Of a stretch of DNA of 64,000 nucleotides, positions 1-13,044 are shown piece after piece. Under the pieces are notes generated by a model. That model did not search any database and had not been told where the DNA came from. It saw nothing but the letters and a program-made list of their open reading frames with translations. Position 1 is the stretch's first letter. Every line of letters starts with the position of its first letter. The DNA comes from Balanoglossus misakiensis (Eukaryota > Animalia > Hemichordata): assembly GCA_040954595.2 (NCBI GenBank), contig CM082582.2, positions 7,132,063 through 7,196,062 on the forward strand. The letters are read 5' to 3'. The position numbers and the translations under genes are program-made.

Positions 1-1184
1 TCTATGCATGCGCCACTGTGCTAAAAAAAAGTAAATTCAAAGTCAAACGACAGAAATGAGGACCCAAACGCCCTTGAATCAGAATGATGAAGCCCTTGGA
101 ATGATTCTCCCCCACCTAGAACAACAGGAAGCTGATATCCGTGGCAACCAACAAAATGAACAAGAGGAATCGTGTCTAAAGATGAAACCTGTCTGTACTG
201 CAATGATGTTCCTAGCCCTCCCACCCACACCGCCACTCATATGGGGCACCATTATGTTGTAAATAACCTCCACAAACCAAACACCTCGAGAGTCTGCGAT
301 GCTTTCAGGGTGATTTTTTTACTGTTAAACAATTACAACAGATAAGGTATTGGGCAAGTGTTGCATGTGATCAAGGAACTTTGATTGGATTCTGGTTAGA
401 GGAATGACAAGGAATGCCGGGGTTCTAATTCTGGAAACCTCAGACTACGAGGTGCTTTTGAATGGTCAGATTTCAGATCGTCATTCCAGTTTACACATCA
501 CTTCCTCATTTGTCCTAGCTTGGAATATTGAAATATGGGAGTTGCGACACTTTGTGGAGAGAAATTCCATCTTGGACTCTGAGTTGTCAGAGAGGAGATC
601 TCTCGAACGGAAGTCCTAGGTTCAAGGGGTTGGTTTGAGAACAATCAGACGAAGAGTGGTGTACTATCATTAAACTTTAATAGATGATCAGGGTTTAGGT
701 GATAAGGTGCTATATGGTGAAGAGTTTCACAGGTAACCGAATGACATGTGTTGTATACATCTCAAAGGTTGAGTGAGGTGGTGTTGAGGATAATTCTCAT
801 TGTACATTTCAGTCTATGAAATGTACAGAGATTGCCGTTGGTATGTAGTAAAATTGTGAGCATTTGAACATTGACTTGTGGTGGAATTAAACAAACTTGT
901 AGATTGGGAAGAATTTTTTCATGTGTGCTAAATGTAAAAGAAACAATTTAGAGTCAGTGTATTTTAGCGTTGATCACAGAGATTGGTAGACCGTGGTCTT
1001 AGGTTGCCAGTGATGGTGACCCAAAGTAACCTCTCTGATGAGCTGGGGGTTGGGGGGGGGGGGTTGGAGGGGGGGGATCATTGAAGGAGATATATGTATG
1101 TGTGACAGAGACTGGGTAGAACTGCAGTTGGATTTCAATCACGACACTGACAAAACGTTTTCACCCGTTTGCTTGATTTCATAG

Positions 1185-1356
1185 TCTTGCCGGAATGTCG
1201 CGGAGCGTAACGGTGACTGTAGCCTATCTGATCACCGTCACTAACTACGGTTGGCAGGACGGTCTGAGAGCGGTGAAAAGTGCCCGTCCGGTGGCCTTAC
1301 CAAACTTTGGCTTCCAGAGGCAGCTTCAGGAATACGAACACACCATCCTCAAAAAG
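1185..1356 (+). CDS. DUSP22: Atypical dual-specificity phosphatase (DUSP22/DUSP15-like), penultimate coding exon carrying the catalytic P-loop; upstream exons lie outside the window
   Basis: tttcatag acceptor (AG 1183-1184), AAG|gtatgt donor. Translates (C)LAGMSRSVTVTVAYLITVTNYGWQDGLRAVKSARPVALPNFGFQRQLQEYEHTILKK: CX5R loop, AYL motif, and PNxGFQRQLQE typical of DUSP22/15. Confidence 0.92.
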
Positions 1357-4300
1357 GTATGTCATCGATATCAGAAGTAAAATTTCATCTGAAATGAGTA
1401 ATTTTAACCTTTTTTATTTTTTCAGATTATCATCTACAGATGTAGTATCACCACTGCAGCATGGCCCTGTACAATATGTGCTGTATTTGCATTTGGACAC
1501 AGCGAGATTTGAACCACCTGTGAATGAACCCCCTAACCTGTCATAAAACTACATTTCTGACTCTCCTAGTTTGCAAGCCCCGTAAAATTGCTATTAGAGT
1601 AGGAGGCATGGCCGTATTTAAGAAACTTTTCTACCGCAACATTCTGTCAATTTCCTAATGTGTACACATGGCTATTTGTTTGTTTATTTTGTTTTGTTTG
1701 CGGGTAATAGATGCTGGATCATGACTCCAAACTACACAAGGTGAAATTATCTATTCTAAGCCTCACGAAAACAAACCCCACATCATAATCCATGGTCCAT
1801 TTAATTGTAAAAGCCTGCTTTCCCTATGTGCACAGGAAGTGGCCAATCGAGACTCTCCCCATGGTGTTACTGTGTGGTTCCCATTATACAATCAGTGTTG
1901 TGTTTACTTTACAGGACCCTGGATTCCCTGGGCTCTGTGGTTTTGTACACCCTTTAGTGTCGTTCACATTGACGTACAGTACAGTCCGTACAATCCCTCT
2001 ATAGGCCCGGATTTGGTCTTCTGTCACACTTGTGTGTATAACTCACTCTTGTATGGCCCAACTCTTAACAAACAGTCAGCACATACAAAATATGGATTTT
2101 TATTGCAAAATAATTTGGTGTCCTTACACTTTCAGGTCATGTCTGTGAATTGACACTTTTGCTCGTAAAACCCTATAATTAGCCGCGTGTTTGTTTTATA
2201 GGAGGTTTGGCCTGTTAACTTACTTTTACACACACAGACACGCACACATATTGCGGACACTTTCGCCCAGACACAGTGTCACACGGTGAAATAATATTTG
2301 GTTGCCACGGGGAGGTCGATAATGATTACTGTGGAGAAATTTTTAATCTTGTGTTCATTTCTGTCAGTTTCCAAAACTCTGGAGTCTCATCGAAACTGTC
2401 AATCCCCGGGAGCGAGCAGAGTGAGTGAAAGTGGAAAATAGTTCAAAGTCTAGACTTTGTTTTACGTGGATGAAGGACAGATTCCCCGCTGTGACTATGA
2501 GTCTCGTGTTTACGCCAAGACTTTGCAGGTTCGAGAGCCATAACTGTTGAGTTGTATTTTCAGTAATATTTGTTTCTAACCCCAAAATTTTAATTCAGTT
2601 TTGAACAATGAAGTGCATATTGAGTACACACAGGTTGTGTTTATAGACGCCACAAGACAAGGCATTTCATCCAGATGTGCATAGTATGAAGTCGGACCAG
2701 AAACTGCAGTAGATTCCTAGAACAAACTACAGAAAAAAAAGTTAACATCTACTGGATATTTAAACAGGAATGTCCGATTGATCCCTGAGAATTCTACACT
2801 TAAATCATAGTTCTGCATAATAGAACTCTTAAAATACCAAATTCTATGACGAGATTTGAAAATTGAAAAACATTAAATTAACAACAACCATGCTGTGGAG
2901 GATGCTTTCAGCTTTGAATATTGGTTGCAGATTTTATCTGATCTTTATTTTTTTCGTCCAATTATCCCATGGAACCATGTTTTTAAGTGGTTGAATCCAG
3001 GGGTTGCGACAACACATGCAATAAGTTTAAATTATCCCAGCTGGCTTGATTTATAAACCCTAATTATTTATTCAAATGATCATATCTGACAAAATTTATA
3101 CGACAATGTATCTGAATTATTACTAAAGCGTCCCATCTGATGTGATTTATAGCACGATGGTTCAGAAGACACAATCGGTTATGCCGACCTATATCATCAC
3201 GGTGAACTCAGTGTGAACTTTTTCACTAGGGCGGTGTCTGGCAGAGGGATTATCTGGCCCAACAAAGTTTTGATATCGAGGAAGGGGGGTATACACAGAC
3301 ACAGGCAATATCTCACTTCAAGGGGGGTGGATTTTTAGTTTTACTCCATTAAAAATCAATTTTCCCCCTCTTGAAACCGGGTATCGGTGCTTGAACAAAC
3401 AGAAACTGGATGGAAGAGAAGTTAATGGCATGCATTGTATTATTATTAAAACATGTGTTGAAGTGGACGATCTTGACCCTTGCCCGGCCCTGGTACCATT
3501 TACGGAACAAAACCGAACCACGGAAAGAGTTTTGGTGATATTATTATTAACACATGCTTTGAATCCATCAGATCATAGTCCCTCCCTTGTATGCTAAAGA
3601 CATCATGCCTTTAAAACAAATATATAAATTAATGGGTCAAAGCCCTAGTAACTCCAGTAAAAAACACCACCATCAGTTTTGGGGATACTTTTTAGTATTT
3701 TTCTCTCATATATCAACTCTGATTCCTTGTTCTACTCTGGATAGCTTTATGAAAATTTTCAGTCTTTTAGTTTCTCAACAAACCTTGTATATGAGTAACG
3801 ACCATTGTTAATTATCACATTCCCATGCAGGTACTTTATTTGTCGAAGGGAGTTGAGTTGCAGGAGATTTGTTTAAACAGAGGTAGGGTTGAACAAGGGA
3901 CGAAGAAAACATACAAGCGAGCCAGCAGTGTTTTCTGCAAGTTCAGTAGCTCCAAAATCGGGCGTAGTGGTTTCCAATCGTACAGTGTCAGGTCACTTCA
4001 AAAGGAAGCTATCCATTACCTTCCCGTCCCCCCGGAATTTTATACCCATGGCAAACAATTCCGGTGTTTCCAGGACCCACACTCTGCACAGGATTCAAAC
4101 CCCGAACTATACAAGAGCTAAAAGTGGGGCAACTTCCTAGTTGAAATTTTCTCACACTTCCACAAAAAGCGAATTGTTGGACCACAGGATGAATCTGGTC
4201 GCAGACGAGAAACAACGTAATCACTTTTCCAGGATTTCCCCACTAGTCGATGTCCGGGTGCGTTACACTCAATGCCGGATTCCTCCCTTCTGTCAGGAAG

Positions 4301-5043
4301 TACACACAAGGATCTGTGCAACTGTTTTGACTACATCAATCTCAAACAACTGTCAGTGGCAGCTAAGAGATTGCAGAGTTGATGTTCCCCAATCTTTTTC
4401 TTTTCATTGACACTGGAATATTTACCAAAATAAGACATCGGTGTGATTACAGTAAGATTCTAAGGATCAAGGCTCATTGTTTGTGGCTTGGATCAGTCTG
4501 CATACACAAGCTCTGTCAGACTTCATTTTTTCTGCATTTTTGTGGTCTATTTTCTCTGCATTCTAAAAAAAATATTTGCAATGAGCTCTATTTCAAGCCT
4601 AGCAAAGCTGTCGTTGCGAAGTTGAACAAAAAATGTTTCAGAGATAGCACAGAAAAATATGCATGAAATGATATTGTATATCCGATGAAATCACGGCATT
4701 CTCAAAAAATGTTGATACACTTTTTACTGAAGAATTGGATTAGAAATAAAATGTATTACTAAGTATGCTACTTTAAAGTGTCAAGGATTGGCTTAAAGGC
4801 TGTAAAGCATGCAGATTGATCTTACCCATCAAATATTAAAATATTCTGTGTACTTTGCTTGCGGAGATGACACCAAACAGACACTGATAATTAAATTTTT
4901 TATCTCTTCTGTTTTACTCCGAGTCTTTGGAATTTCATTTGCAAAAAAAAAAGTGTATCATTGTCCGTGTCTTTACCAGTCAAACCATTTCCACCATACA
5001 AGTGCTCTCTGGACCAAAATAAGATCCTCTTCTATGTTTACAG

Positions 5044-5214
5044 GAAAGGCAACGACTCAGAGAGGAGTATCCCAACTTTCCGCTCGATGACAGCGCGTCT
5101 GTCGCGGCGTTGCTGGAAAACTACGAAAAGAAGGAGGGAATAGAAAAGGACCTGTACCCGCTCCCTTACAAAGCCTACGGACAAAGATCACAAGCGGGAA
5201 AGGACGGAAATTGA
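5044..5214 (+). CDS. DUSP22: DUSP22/15-like phosphatase, terminal coding exon
   Basis: tttacag acceptor, phase 0 matching the previous exon. ERQRLREEYPNFPLDDSASVAALLENYEKKEGIEKDLYPLPYKAYGQRSQAGKDGN*; start resembles DUSP22 YRQWLKEEY. TGA at 5212-5214. Confidence 0.8.
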   Translation, partial: ERQRLREEYPNFPLDDSASVAALLENYEKKEGIEKDLYPLPYKAYGQRSQAGKDGN

Positions 5215-6258
5215 CCCCCGCCGGTTTTTATCTCGGGTTGTCACAGATAGTAACATCCAGGGCTCTCTGCGTTTTTCATTCAGATTTACAACTTCCTTAT
5301 ATTGTCGTGAATGTTTTGCCACTGTCTTTTTTTTTAAAAAAAAATCAATTTATACAGTGTTGTATAATACCCATCATAAACGCTTAAGCTTGTTGAATAC
5401 TCTTGGATGATTGTCATTGTCCGTCCATCACAGTGTCTGAACCAATTGTGTTCATGCTTAGCGCAAGGACAATGTGATGTTGCTGCCATATTCACCTCAT
5501 ATGTTCTTATGATGCAATCAGGAGGGGGGGGGGGGGGGTATCTCGTTATTTTCCATTCGGACTAGCTTATTGACTTCTTTCAGACTTCCATAATTTTATG
5601 ACGAGTTTCAACTACCAATCAAGGGTATTCAACCATGTTTATATTATTTACAGCATCATAAAAAGTGCCTCATTCTTCCAATTTAATAAATAATTGCAGT
5701 TGAAGTGTAAGCAGTTGATTCTGTTGGTTGGGCAATTGAAGCTTTATAGGCACAAGGTACAAGTACAGTGTACTTCACCCAGTCATATGACAGGGTGATT
5801 CTGTATAAATATTTTTCAAATAACGCACAGAGACACTCGGAAAACACCTTGATCCAAAAGGAATACTTTTTGCTCCAGTCTGTTGCTACTCAGCTGCAAA
5901 ATTTCCAATTAAATATCGCTGGGGGTCAACATTAAACGCATGAAAATTTCCTTTACATGCCATTGTCCATTCTGTATTTGTCTTCTTAAAGTGGTTGGAC
6001 TTTTAAACTCTTTTTATGAGTGGTGTACTGCATTGGTGTGTTTTTAATTAGAATTGTTTGATAGGAACTATAGCTCTGCCACCCCTCTGTGCTGATACAC
6101 TGGTCTAGCCCATGCCTTTTGAAACAATGGGGTGATTCCACACAGTGAGTGGGAAAGGGGTTAGGGTTTTTACATGGATGCCTTATTTGATTTTTAGATG
6201 ATTTTTGTCCATTTTGTGACGAATACCGTGCAATTGTGACATTACATATTTACCTGCA

Positions 6259-6325
6259 TACAGTCAGACCTGTCCATAGTGGCCAGTCAAGGGACTTTCC
6301 TAAACTGGCCTTTACAGACAGGTCA
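6259..6325. mobile_element. Left end of a truncated Tc1/pogo-type MITE
   Basis: TA followed by CAGTCAGACCTGTCCATAGTGGCCAGTCAAGGGAC, resembling common TA-flanked CAGTC-terminal elements; no matching right end found. Confidence 0.4.
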
Positions 6326-6524
6326 ATGTAATTTGCAGGCAGCAGGATTATTAATATTGATTGGGAATCTCATGACAGGAAAGGTGTCTCTACCTGGGCT
6401 GTTTTGGAATGTAATTATTTTGACAAAATAACAATTAATTAACGCAGTGGCACCTGCAGTTGCATTCCCAGCGGGCAACTTCTGCTCTGTCTTGTGACCC
6501 AGGCATATTGTGGTCACAACTATA

Positions 6525-6736
6525 TACTGTAAAACACTTTATTTTCGCGAGTCAAAATTTTCGCGATATCGAGAGAGGCCACTGTTTCGCGAGTATCAAT
6601 TTTCGCGTTCTCTTATTTCATTCACTGCATCGTTATCTTTAAAAAAAAATTACGCGACTTTTTATTTTCACGCTATTTTGGCTCTCGCGTATTTCGCGAA
6701 AATTTATTGCTCGCGAAAATAAAGTGTTTTACAGTA
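6525..6736. mobile_element. MITE with perfect terminal inverted repeats and TA target-site duplication (Tc1/mariner-like, non-autonomous)
   Basis: TACTGTAAAACACTTTATTTTCGCGAG ... CTCGCGAAAATAAAGTGTTTTACAGTA; internal repeated TTTCGCG motifs; CpG-rich island in a CpG-poor background. Confidence 0.85.
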
Positions 6737-8739
6737 TTTTTTTGGTGTTTAAAGTGGGTCATCGTATGGGGTGATGCCCCTTCGAGTGTGTGCCTATGCT
6801 ATCGTGGTTTGCAAGGTTTATCATTCACAGGCCAGGGCATGGCCTGCACAATTGCGATGTTTACAAGTGCAGAGTGGTAAAGTTTATTGGTACAGGGACA
6901 CTGTGGCTGGTGCAGCTGATACGGATATCTGAAATAATGAATGCACAATAAATTTTTTCATATAAATCACAAAGATGCCTATTTTTCCGTCGATTGGATT
7001 TTATTTTTTATCATGGCGGTGCTTTTTTTTTGACGGTTTTTCAGCGCGTCTGATGACAGATTTATGAGGATATGGTTGTGTACGCAAACAGAAAAACAAA
7101 GAAAACATTCACTTGGTGAAAAAAATATTTATTTAAATTTTCCGGCAAGGGTAATTTCATACAAGGTGTGTTGATAAGCTAAGTTCACAGTGCAGTCACA
7201 ATATTTGCCTTCCAAGTAATTGTAATTCATTAATAAAACGACTACATTGCTGTCTTTGATCGCAGCCTCTCCATGGAACGAACCCTTAATACCTCACCTT
7301 ATACGGTAACAAAACCGTCAAAGATTCTGTGAAACGGTGATGTAATCTCTACAAACATAAACTTCTGTAGAAGTTTATTTCTCAGAAAGTTTCCATTGTT
7401 TGTTGGGGGTCAGGTGTTGCGACGCTCCTGATACAGTTTAATGACACGGGCAGTCTATTGGCCGAACATTGAGTACAGGCCATCCTGTCACCAGTTATCA
7501 ACCATTTGAAGTTGTCCAACTTAGGAATTTTGTCTAATTGTCTACTTCCACATACGTGTCTAAGTTTTCTGTCATGATTGTGATTCTGTCCTTATTGCAA
7601 AAGCTTTAATTGATATGTCCGTGTTTTAAGTCAAGTAGGTGTTTTATAGTTGCTCATAATCCACTTCTTTTTTTTAAAAAATAATGTTCTGGTAATCCAG
7701 TGTTCTCAGTCACACAAAAAAAGAAATCTGGATTTTCCCCCATAAATTTACATTAACGAGTGCAAAACTTTTGTGCGTCAGTTTTATGAAGTTCGCTCCA
7801 GAATTTGACTTTGTGTTGTTGTTTTTTCTTTATACAACAGGCAGTAGGCATTACTTCCATGATCCAATCTTAATTTTTTTTCAAAAATTAAAAATAATCG
7901 TTCATTTTTAGGCTAAGTGTCTGCATGATGATGGCTGTCTATTTTATGGCTTCAATGTATATAATCACAAAGAGTACAGAATTGTATCTTCATCCATTAT
8001 AAGAGCTGTATAATATTTTCTAATTTGCAATTTTTCACATTCCTTATAAGCTTCATTGTTAGAAAATGTATATATTTCATTGCCAAAACTTGGCACTTTT
8101 TATAGTAGCAGATTCTTGACTCTAAATAACTTTGACATGTAAAATGAATTTAAATCATTTCAATTGTACTTTATCATGTGTAATATGTGAAGTTGTATTT
8201 CTGAAGGGTGGGTTTTCTTTTATCTAAAATGCTGCTTGTGGCCAGTGAATTGAACATTTTGTAGATACATGTACCGGTACATTTATTTTAAAAGGGTCCT
8301 GATGATGTATAGTTTATGTGGGCTTGTTACCGTGATTATGTGTGCTATTTTGAATTGGATGTCTCAAACATCATACCTCTGTTGATTTCCTTTCATCTTT
8401 TACATAATAATGTTGATGTCTCCCATCGCAAACACATCTCTGACAACACAATTTTACCAGTTGTGTTGCCCCACCAAATTTCAGCCCTCCAACCCCACCC
8501 CCACCCCTCCTGGATTTTATTCGCAGTGCTGGATAACAAAAACCACTCTGCCATCTCATCTGGTCAAAATTTACAAAATACGACAATAGCTGCAATTAAC
8601 AATGGCTACATATATAGTGTTCGAATCTTTTATCAGTCTAAAAGGAATTTCTTTTGCCTATAAATGTTACATTTTGTAAAATATGACAAGGTGGTTGATT
8701 TCAGGTCACTCTTTTTAAATTGTATATGAAATATCACTC

Positions 8740-8745
8740 AATAAA
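8740..8745 (+). terminator. Candidate distal polyadenylation signal of the DUSP gene
   Basis: AATAAA followed by T-rich and GT-rich sequence at the end of a long AT-rich, CpG-poor UTR-like stretch; other AATAAA copies occur upstream (e.g. 6947). Confidence 0.35.
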
Positions 8746-8896
8746 TTGCCTTTTTTCTCGTAAATTCATCTTTGGTGTGTTATTTCTAATGTCATTTGGT
8801 ATAACTGTCAAACTCTAAGTATGTGGCTGCATCCTTTTGAATACCAAAGCAAGGCTGTTGTATGTCTTGTGTATTTTGTTCAGTGGAAACCAGTAA

Positions 8897-9224
8897 ATTT
8901 GCATAATGGTGTTGACTACCAATCACAAGCTTTTATGCAAATGAGACATGTGACTAATTTGCATATTCAACTCAAGTGGTATATATAAAGTCCCATCTTT
9001 AAATAATGTAGTACCTGCAAAGCTGGGGAGAGTGATGTCCAGAGAACTGACAATGTAGTAAGTGGAACAAATGTAATCAAACTACAGTCACCACAAGGAG
9101 GTACCCAATTGCCCCCCAAAAAAACGATTGTTTCATAAACCGATCAGCTTATACAGGTGAAGTGCCTGAACTGAAACTGAAATTGAAACTTGTATTTTAC
9201 TACACTAGAATAGAATTCCGAGAA
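8897..9224 (+). promoter_or_regulatory. Promoter-like module: three octamers, CCAAT, TATA, then ISRE-like triplet and GAS
   Basis: ATTTGCAT 8897 and 8957, ATGCAAAT 8935, CCAAT 8919, TATATAAA 8982, GAAACTGAAATTGAAACT 9173-9190, TTCCGAGAA 9216-9224. Confidence 0.4.
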
Positions 9225-12200
9225 TTCTTGTTCACATGAGTCGTAAAGGTGACTGACAAATATTTTTATTGATCATCTCTCCAAATATTATGCTGAAATA
9301 AAGTCTCGAACAACAGTGTAACAGGCAAATTTTCCAATCAAAATGTTGCCATTGTCAACAGTACTACCACGAGGTCGTATCGCCCCAAAGCTGTCGAGCC
9401 CAGCATTTTCCACATGCCACCGAAGCCTGACCACAATGCACCGCTCACATCATACGCATATGCCTGTCCAGAAAACCCCTATGATGTCACCCCTCCATTT
9501 CCAAAGATGTCTTCTTTTGGAAATCATTTGATGTCTGAATGACGTCACCGCGGAATTTTGTCATTTTGATGAAAAATGGGGCGTCCGATGACTTTGTGTC
9601 ACCTCGGACCAAGTCAGAGTTAACGGTTCATATGCATGGCAACGTGCCAAAACTCAAGTAAGATGACCGCTTTCATTGACTCTGGCGAGAAATGTATCTT
9701 TTCTGATCTTAAATTCACCAAATGCTGTTTGAAGGAGTGAAAACACGCCATGTGGGTGCAAGAACTAGCGTCCTAGGTGAATTTATACTTAAAATGTAAA
9801 GTGACTGGGCAACCATGTGCTAAAAGTGTCGGTAACTAGGCAGCCATTTTGTTTTGGGGGTGTCGCCCATGATATATCATATTAACAAACAGTTTCCAAG
9901 AAAAGCTCTTTGGCTAAAGATAGCATTCACGTACAGCACAGAACAGCATACCATTGGTGTTTTGAAGTGGCAAACAGAAACCAGAACTAAAGTGAGACTA
10001 CTGTTTAGCCATCCAGTTTAGCCTTGGCGACGAGTACCTGGTAGTCGTGAATTGCTCTACAGGTCAACATGCCCAGAAAACAGGTAAGATAATGTCTGGT
10101 GGGATTTCCAACCGTTTCAAAGTTTTATTTCGAGGTATTCTTAGAAAAGAGGAAAATTGTACAGAAAATGAAACTATTTAATTTTTAGTAGTTTATTTAA
10201 AAAAAGTAAACGCTTGGCAAAAACGTTTATAACACAGAATTACAATAATTTAAACCATAGTTGTTTCGGGTTTTAATGTTTAATGGGAGGAAAGGTACTG
10301 AATGATGAAGAACTCCAAAGTCTCTTTTTATTGATGAAATTTTCAGGGTTTTTTTCTATAAATCTAGATGTTGCATAATTTGACAGAAATTATGCAAAAG
10401 ATTGAATCATATCCAAAAGCTTATAGGTTTCATTTACATTATTATTATAAACGCGCGATTTTGTAAACTATGTGGGCATGACTAAATCTAAGTGTGGCTT
10501 GAAGTTACACCAGAATTTTCAATCAGATTCAGATTAAGGCATCAGGTTAAAGCGTGTAATACATAGCTACAGGCATAGTGCGTTTTGGGGTCACTAGAAC
10601 CTCCAACAGCCAGCGACCTACATTTTTCAAATGGTCAAACTGCGGACTTCCACGCACTTGCGACACATTTCTGAGAAGTATGGCCATGAATGGTCATGTT
10701 TTTCACCAGTCAGTTCAGAGAAACGGCAGTATGGAGTACGTTTTAAGACGCGATAAACTAGTTTACAGAACACGCAGTATAGAAATTATCGATTCGGTAT
10801 TTAACATGGCCACGTGGTACGCAGGGGAACTAGATAAAGCTTACGGTTGCCACAGAAGCTTTTTATACAGCGAAGCGTACGAGTGAAATACAAGTGTATG
10901 TACGTGTGGTATTTTATCGCCTAATAAAACTGAAATTGTCTGAAACGCAATGCAAAATCAAAACGGTACCAAAAACCATCAAAATTATCCCCTCGAGATG
11001 ATCTGCCACCGGCAAAAAATGTCTGTTATTTGCTTGAAAAGATAACATCGTCACATGAAGGAGAACCAACATTTGCGTCTCCGCGCGAGTAAAGTCCTTG
11101 CCGGAAACGGAAGCGCGTGGTCAAGTCAACTCAAAAAGTTTTATCACAGTCTCTCAACACAGACCACGACTGTGACACAGACCGTTGTATATTATGTGTC
11201 TATAAATCATTAAACGTCAAAATGGCTGTAATCGCGTTCGTTCAAGTTCAAGCTCTTGAAATGTGTGTGGTATTTTAGCCCCGGCTTGGGAAAATACAGC
11301 ACAGCATATCATGATCATAATCATTCTGGTCAAAGGATCCGATGAATAGTATGATGAATGGTTTTGCCGCGGGGCAAGTCTCGAACAAAAATGGAGAAAG
11401 AGTATTCAAACAAAACTATCTTTTGGGGGATATCAGTTTGGGATGGCTTTACCAAAGAAAGGTACAGCTATGCGTAACTTTTGTCCGAAGTTGCCGACCA
11501 GGTGCGTCACGTGACTGAAAAGATGGCAGCCAGCTCTACCACTGTTTCACAATGGTACAGGGCGGACGTGCGTCCTTGAGACATTTCGTCGAAGGATAGT
11601 TCTCAGAAAACAATTATGATACTGAGATAAACAAGCATGGCTGAATGACACACTAGAGCTAATAAATGGCTTTGTCTGAAAACACGGACGGGGTCAGGTG
11701 TCGGGCAACCAGGTGGTGTTATATAATGGGTATGCGCACTATAGTACTGCGAGGGCATGTCTCTTCCCAGGCATAGGATTAGGCCTACATTGAGAATTGC
11801 TTGAAAACACACTTCAATCGTTTTCATGAAATTTTACTCATAGCTCGGCCAAATGAAATCAATTTCAGAGGTCGAATGAAATCTTATGGTCCGCAGGTGC
11901 CCGAGAACCAAGTCTGTAAGTTATTATTTTGAAAAATAGCTAGATGTTGATATTTTTTATTCCATGTATGTACATGTATTTGTCTTCAATAACGACGAGA
12001 GAATTTTGGGTGCTGTGCCCTCGTCATCTATTTAGTCTGCCATTCATGACCAAATTTGGTGTGTGATGATTCTGGTGGTACAATAAACCAGTTCAATTCA
12101 TTTATTGTCCAATTGCTGATATGCGTTTGTATTCACCGTTTCACAAGATAAAGGGCGCAATAAATCCATATCACAACCAGTGTAATAGGTGAACCCTTGA

Positions 12201-12498
12201 CTGAGAACCAAAACTAAGCATCGATCCAAAATCCATTCGTTTGATTAAAACAAATACAGTTAGCAGAAGTATGTCTTATCACACTTGTAATAACTTATAA
12301 ACAGCAATAAAAGGGGTGATATCAATTTAGACACTCTAAATTTTGTTTACCTTCGAAACTATTAGTTTATGGTTTATCCACCTGCAGGCAGTGCTCGCGT
12401 ATGTCAGTTTCTCTGTTTCTTAGAAGAGAGGTAGATCAGTCGCAAACCATGCCCACATCGGAGTGCACTGTCCATAAATTGTCTGTGGGATGACCAGT

Positions 12499-12640
12499 AT
12501 AGAATAGAATAGAATAGAATAGAATAGAATAGAATAGAATAGAATAGAATAGAATAGAATAGAATAGAATAGAATAGAATAGAATAGAATAGAATAGAAT
12601 AGAATAGAATAGAATAGAATAGAATAGAATAGAATAGAAT
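12499..12640. repeat. (AGAAT)n pentanucleotide microsatellite, about 28 perfect copies
   Basis: Directly visible; produces the spurious YSILF-repeat ORFs at 12404-12865. Confidence 0.98.
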
Positions 12641-13010
12641 ATTGAATGGGGGATGCAAAGAAAATGATTTGGGGTTTGACATTTCTCCGTCAGGGACCTC
12701 GAAGAAAACTGTGTGAATATTGTATAGGAATACACGTATAATCCGAATTAATACATCGGCAGTATGGAATTGTATGGTACAGAATTGGGGGGCGTGTGAA
12801 TCAGGGGGATGGGAAAGACCTTCGTCAGTTGGGTGCTGGAAATGGAGTCTGCAACCAGGGGCCAAACTGAATCAAAAGCTCGTGAGAATATCAGTCATGG
12901 ATCTCACACAAACAACGATGTATAGAGTAACGTGGGTGGGGTGCCGCGGCTGTACTGAACACACTTTCACGCCATCCGGCAACCAGGCCATATTTAGAAT
13001 CTGACGGGCT

Positions 13011-13044
13011 GGAAAGTCCCCAGCGCTCGGCCTGTGTGACGTCA
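13011..13044. promoter_or_regulatory. Adjacent NF-kB site and CRE palindrome
   Basis: GGAAAGTCCC (reverse complement of GGGACTTTCC) at 13011-13020; TGACGTCA at 13037-13044. Confidence 0.45.

Noticed and set aside
56-262. 68-aa ORF at the window start
   Set aside because: No DUSP or transposon similarity recognised; treated as intronic.
1044-1077. G-run tract with G-quadruplex potential (similar poly-G/C runs at 5524, 15452, 26486, 29362, 63505)
   Set aside because: Homopolymer G/C runs recur across the window and look like a genome-wide slippage feature.
3831-4121. In-phase open stretch after an acceptor-like catgcag in the DUSP intron (possible alternative last exon), containing a B-box-like GGTTTGAATCC on the minus strand
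   Set aside because: No similarity to DUSP22 C-termini, no coding-like bias, and no tRNA cloverleaf or A-box; the 5044 exon fits better.
12404-12865. ORFs with repeated YSILF peptide
   Set aside because: Translation of the (AGAAT)n microsatellite.
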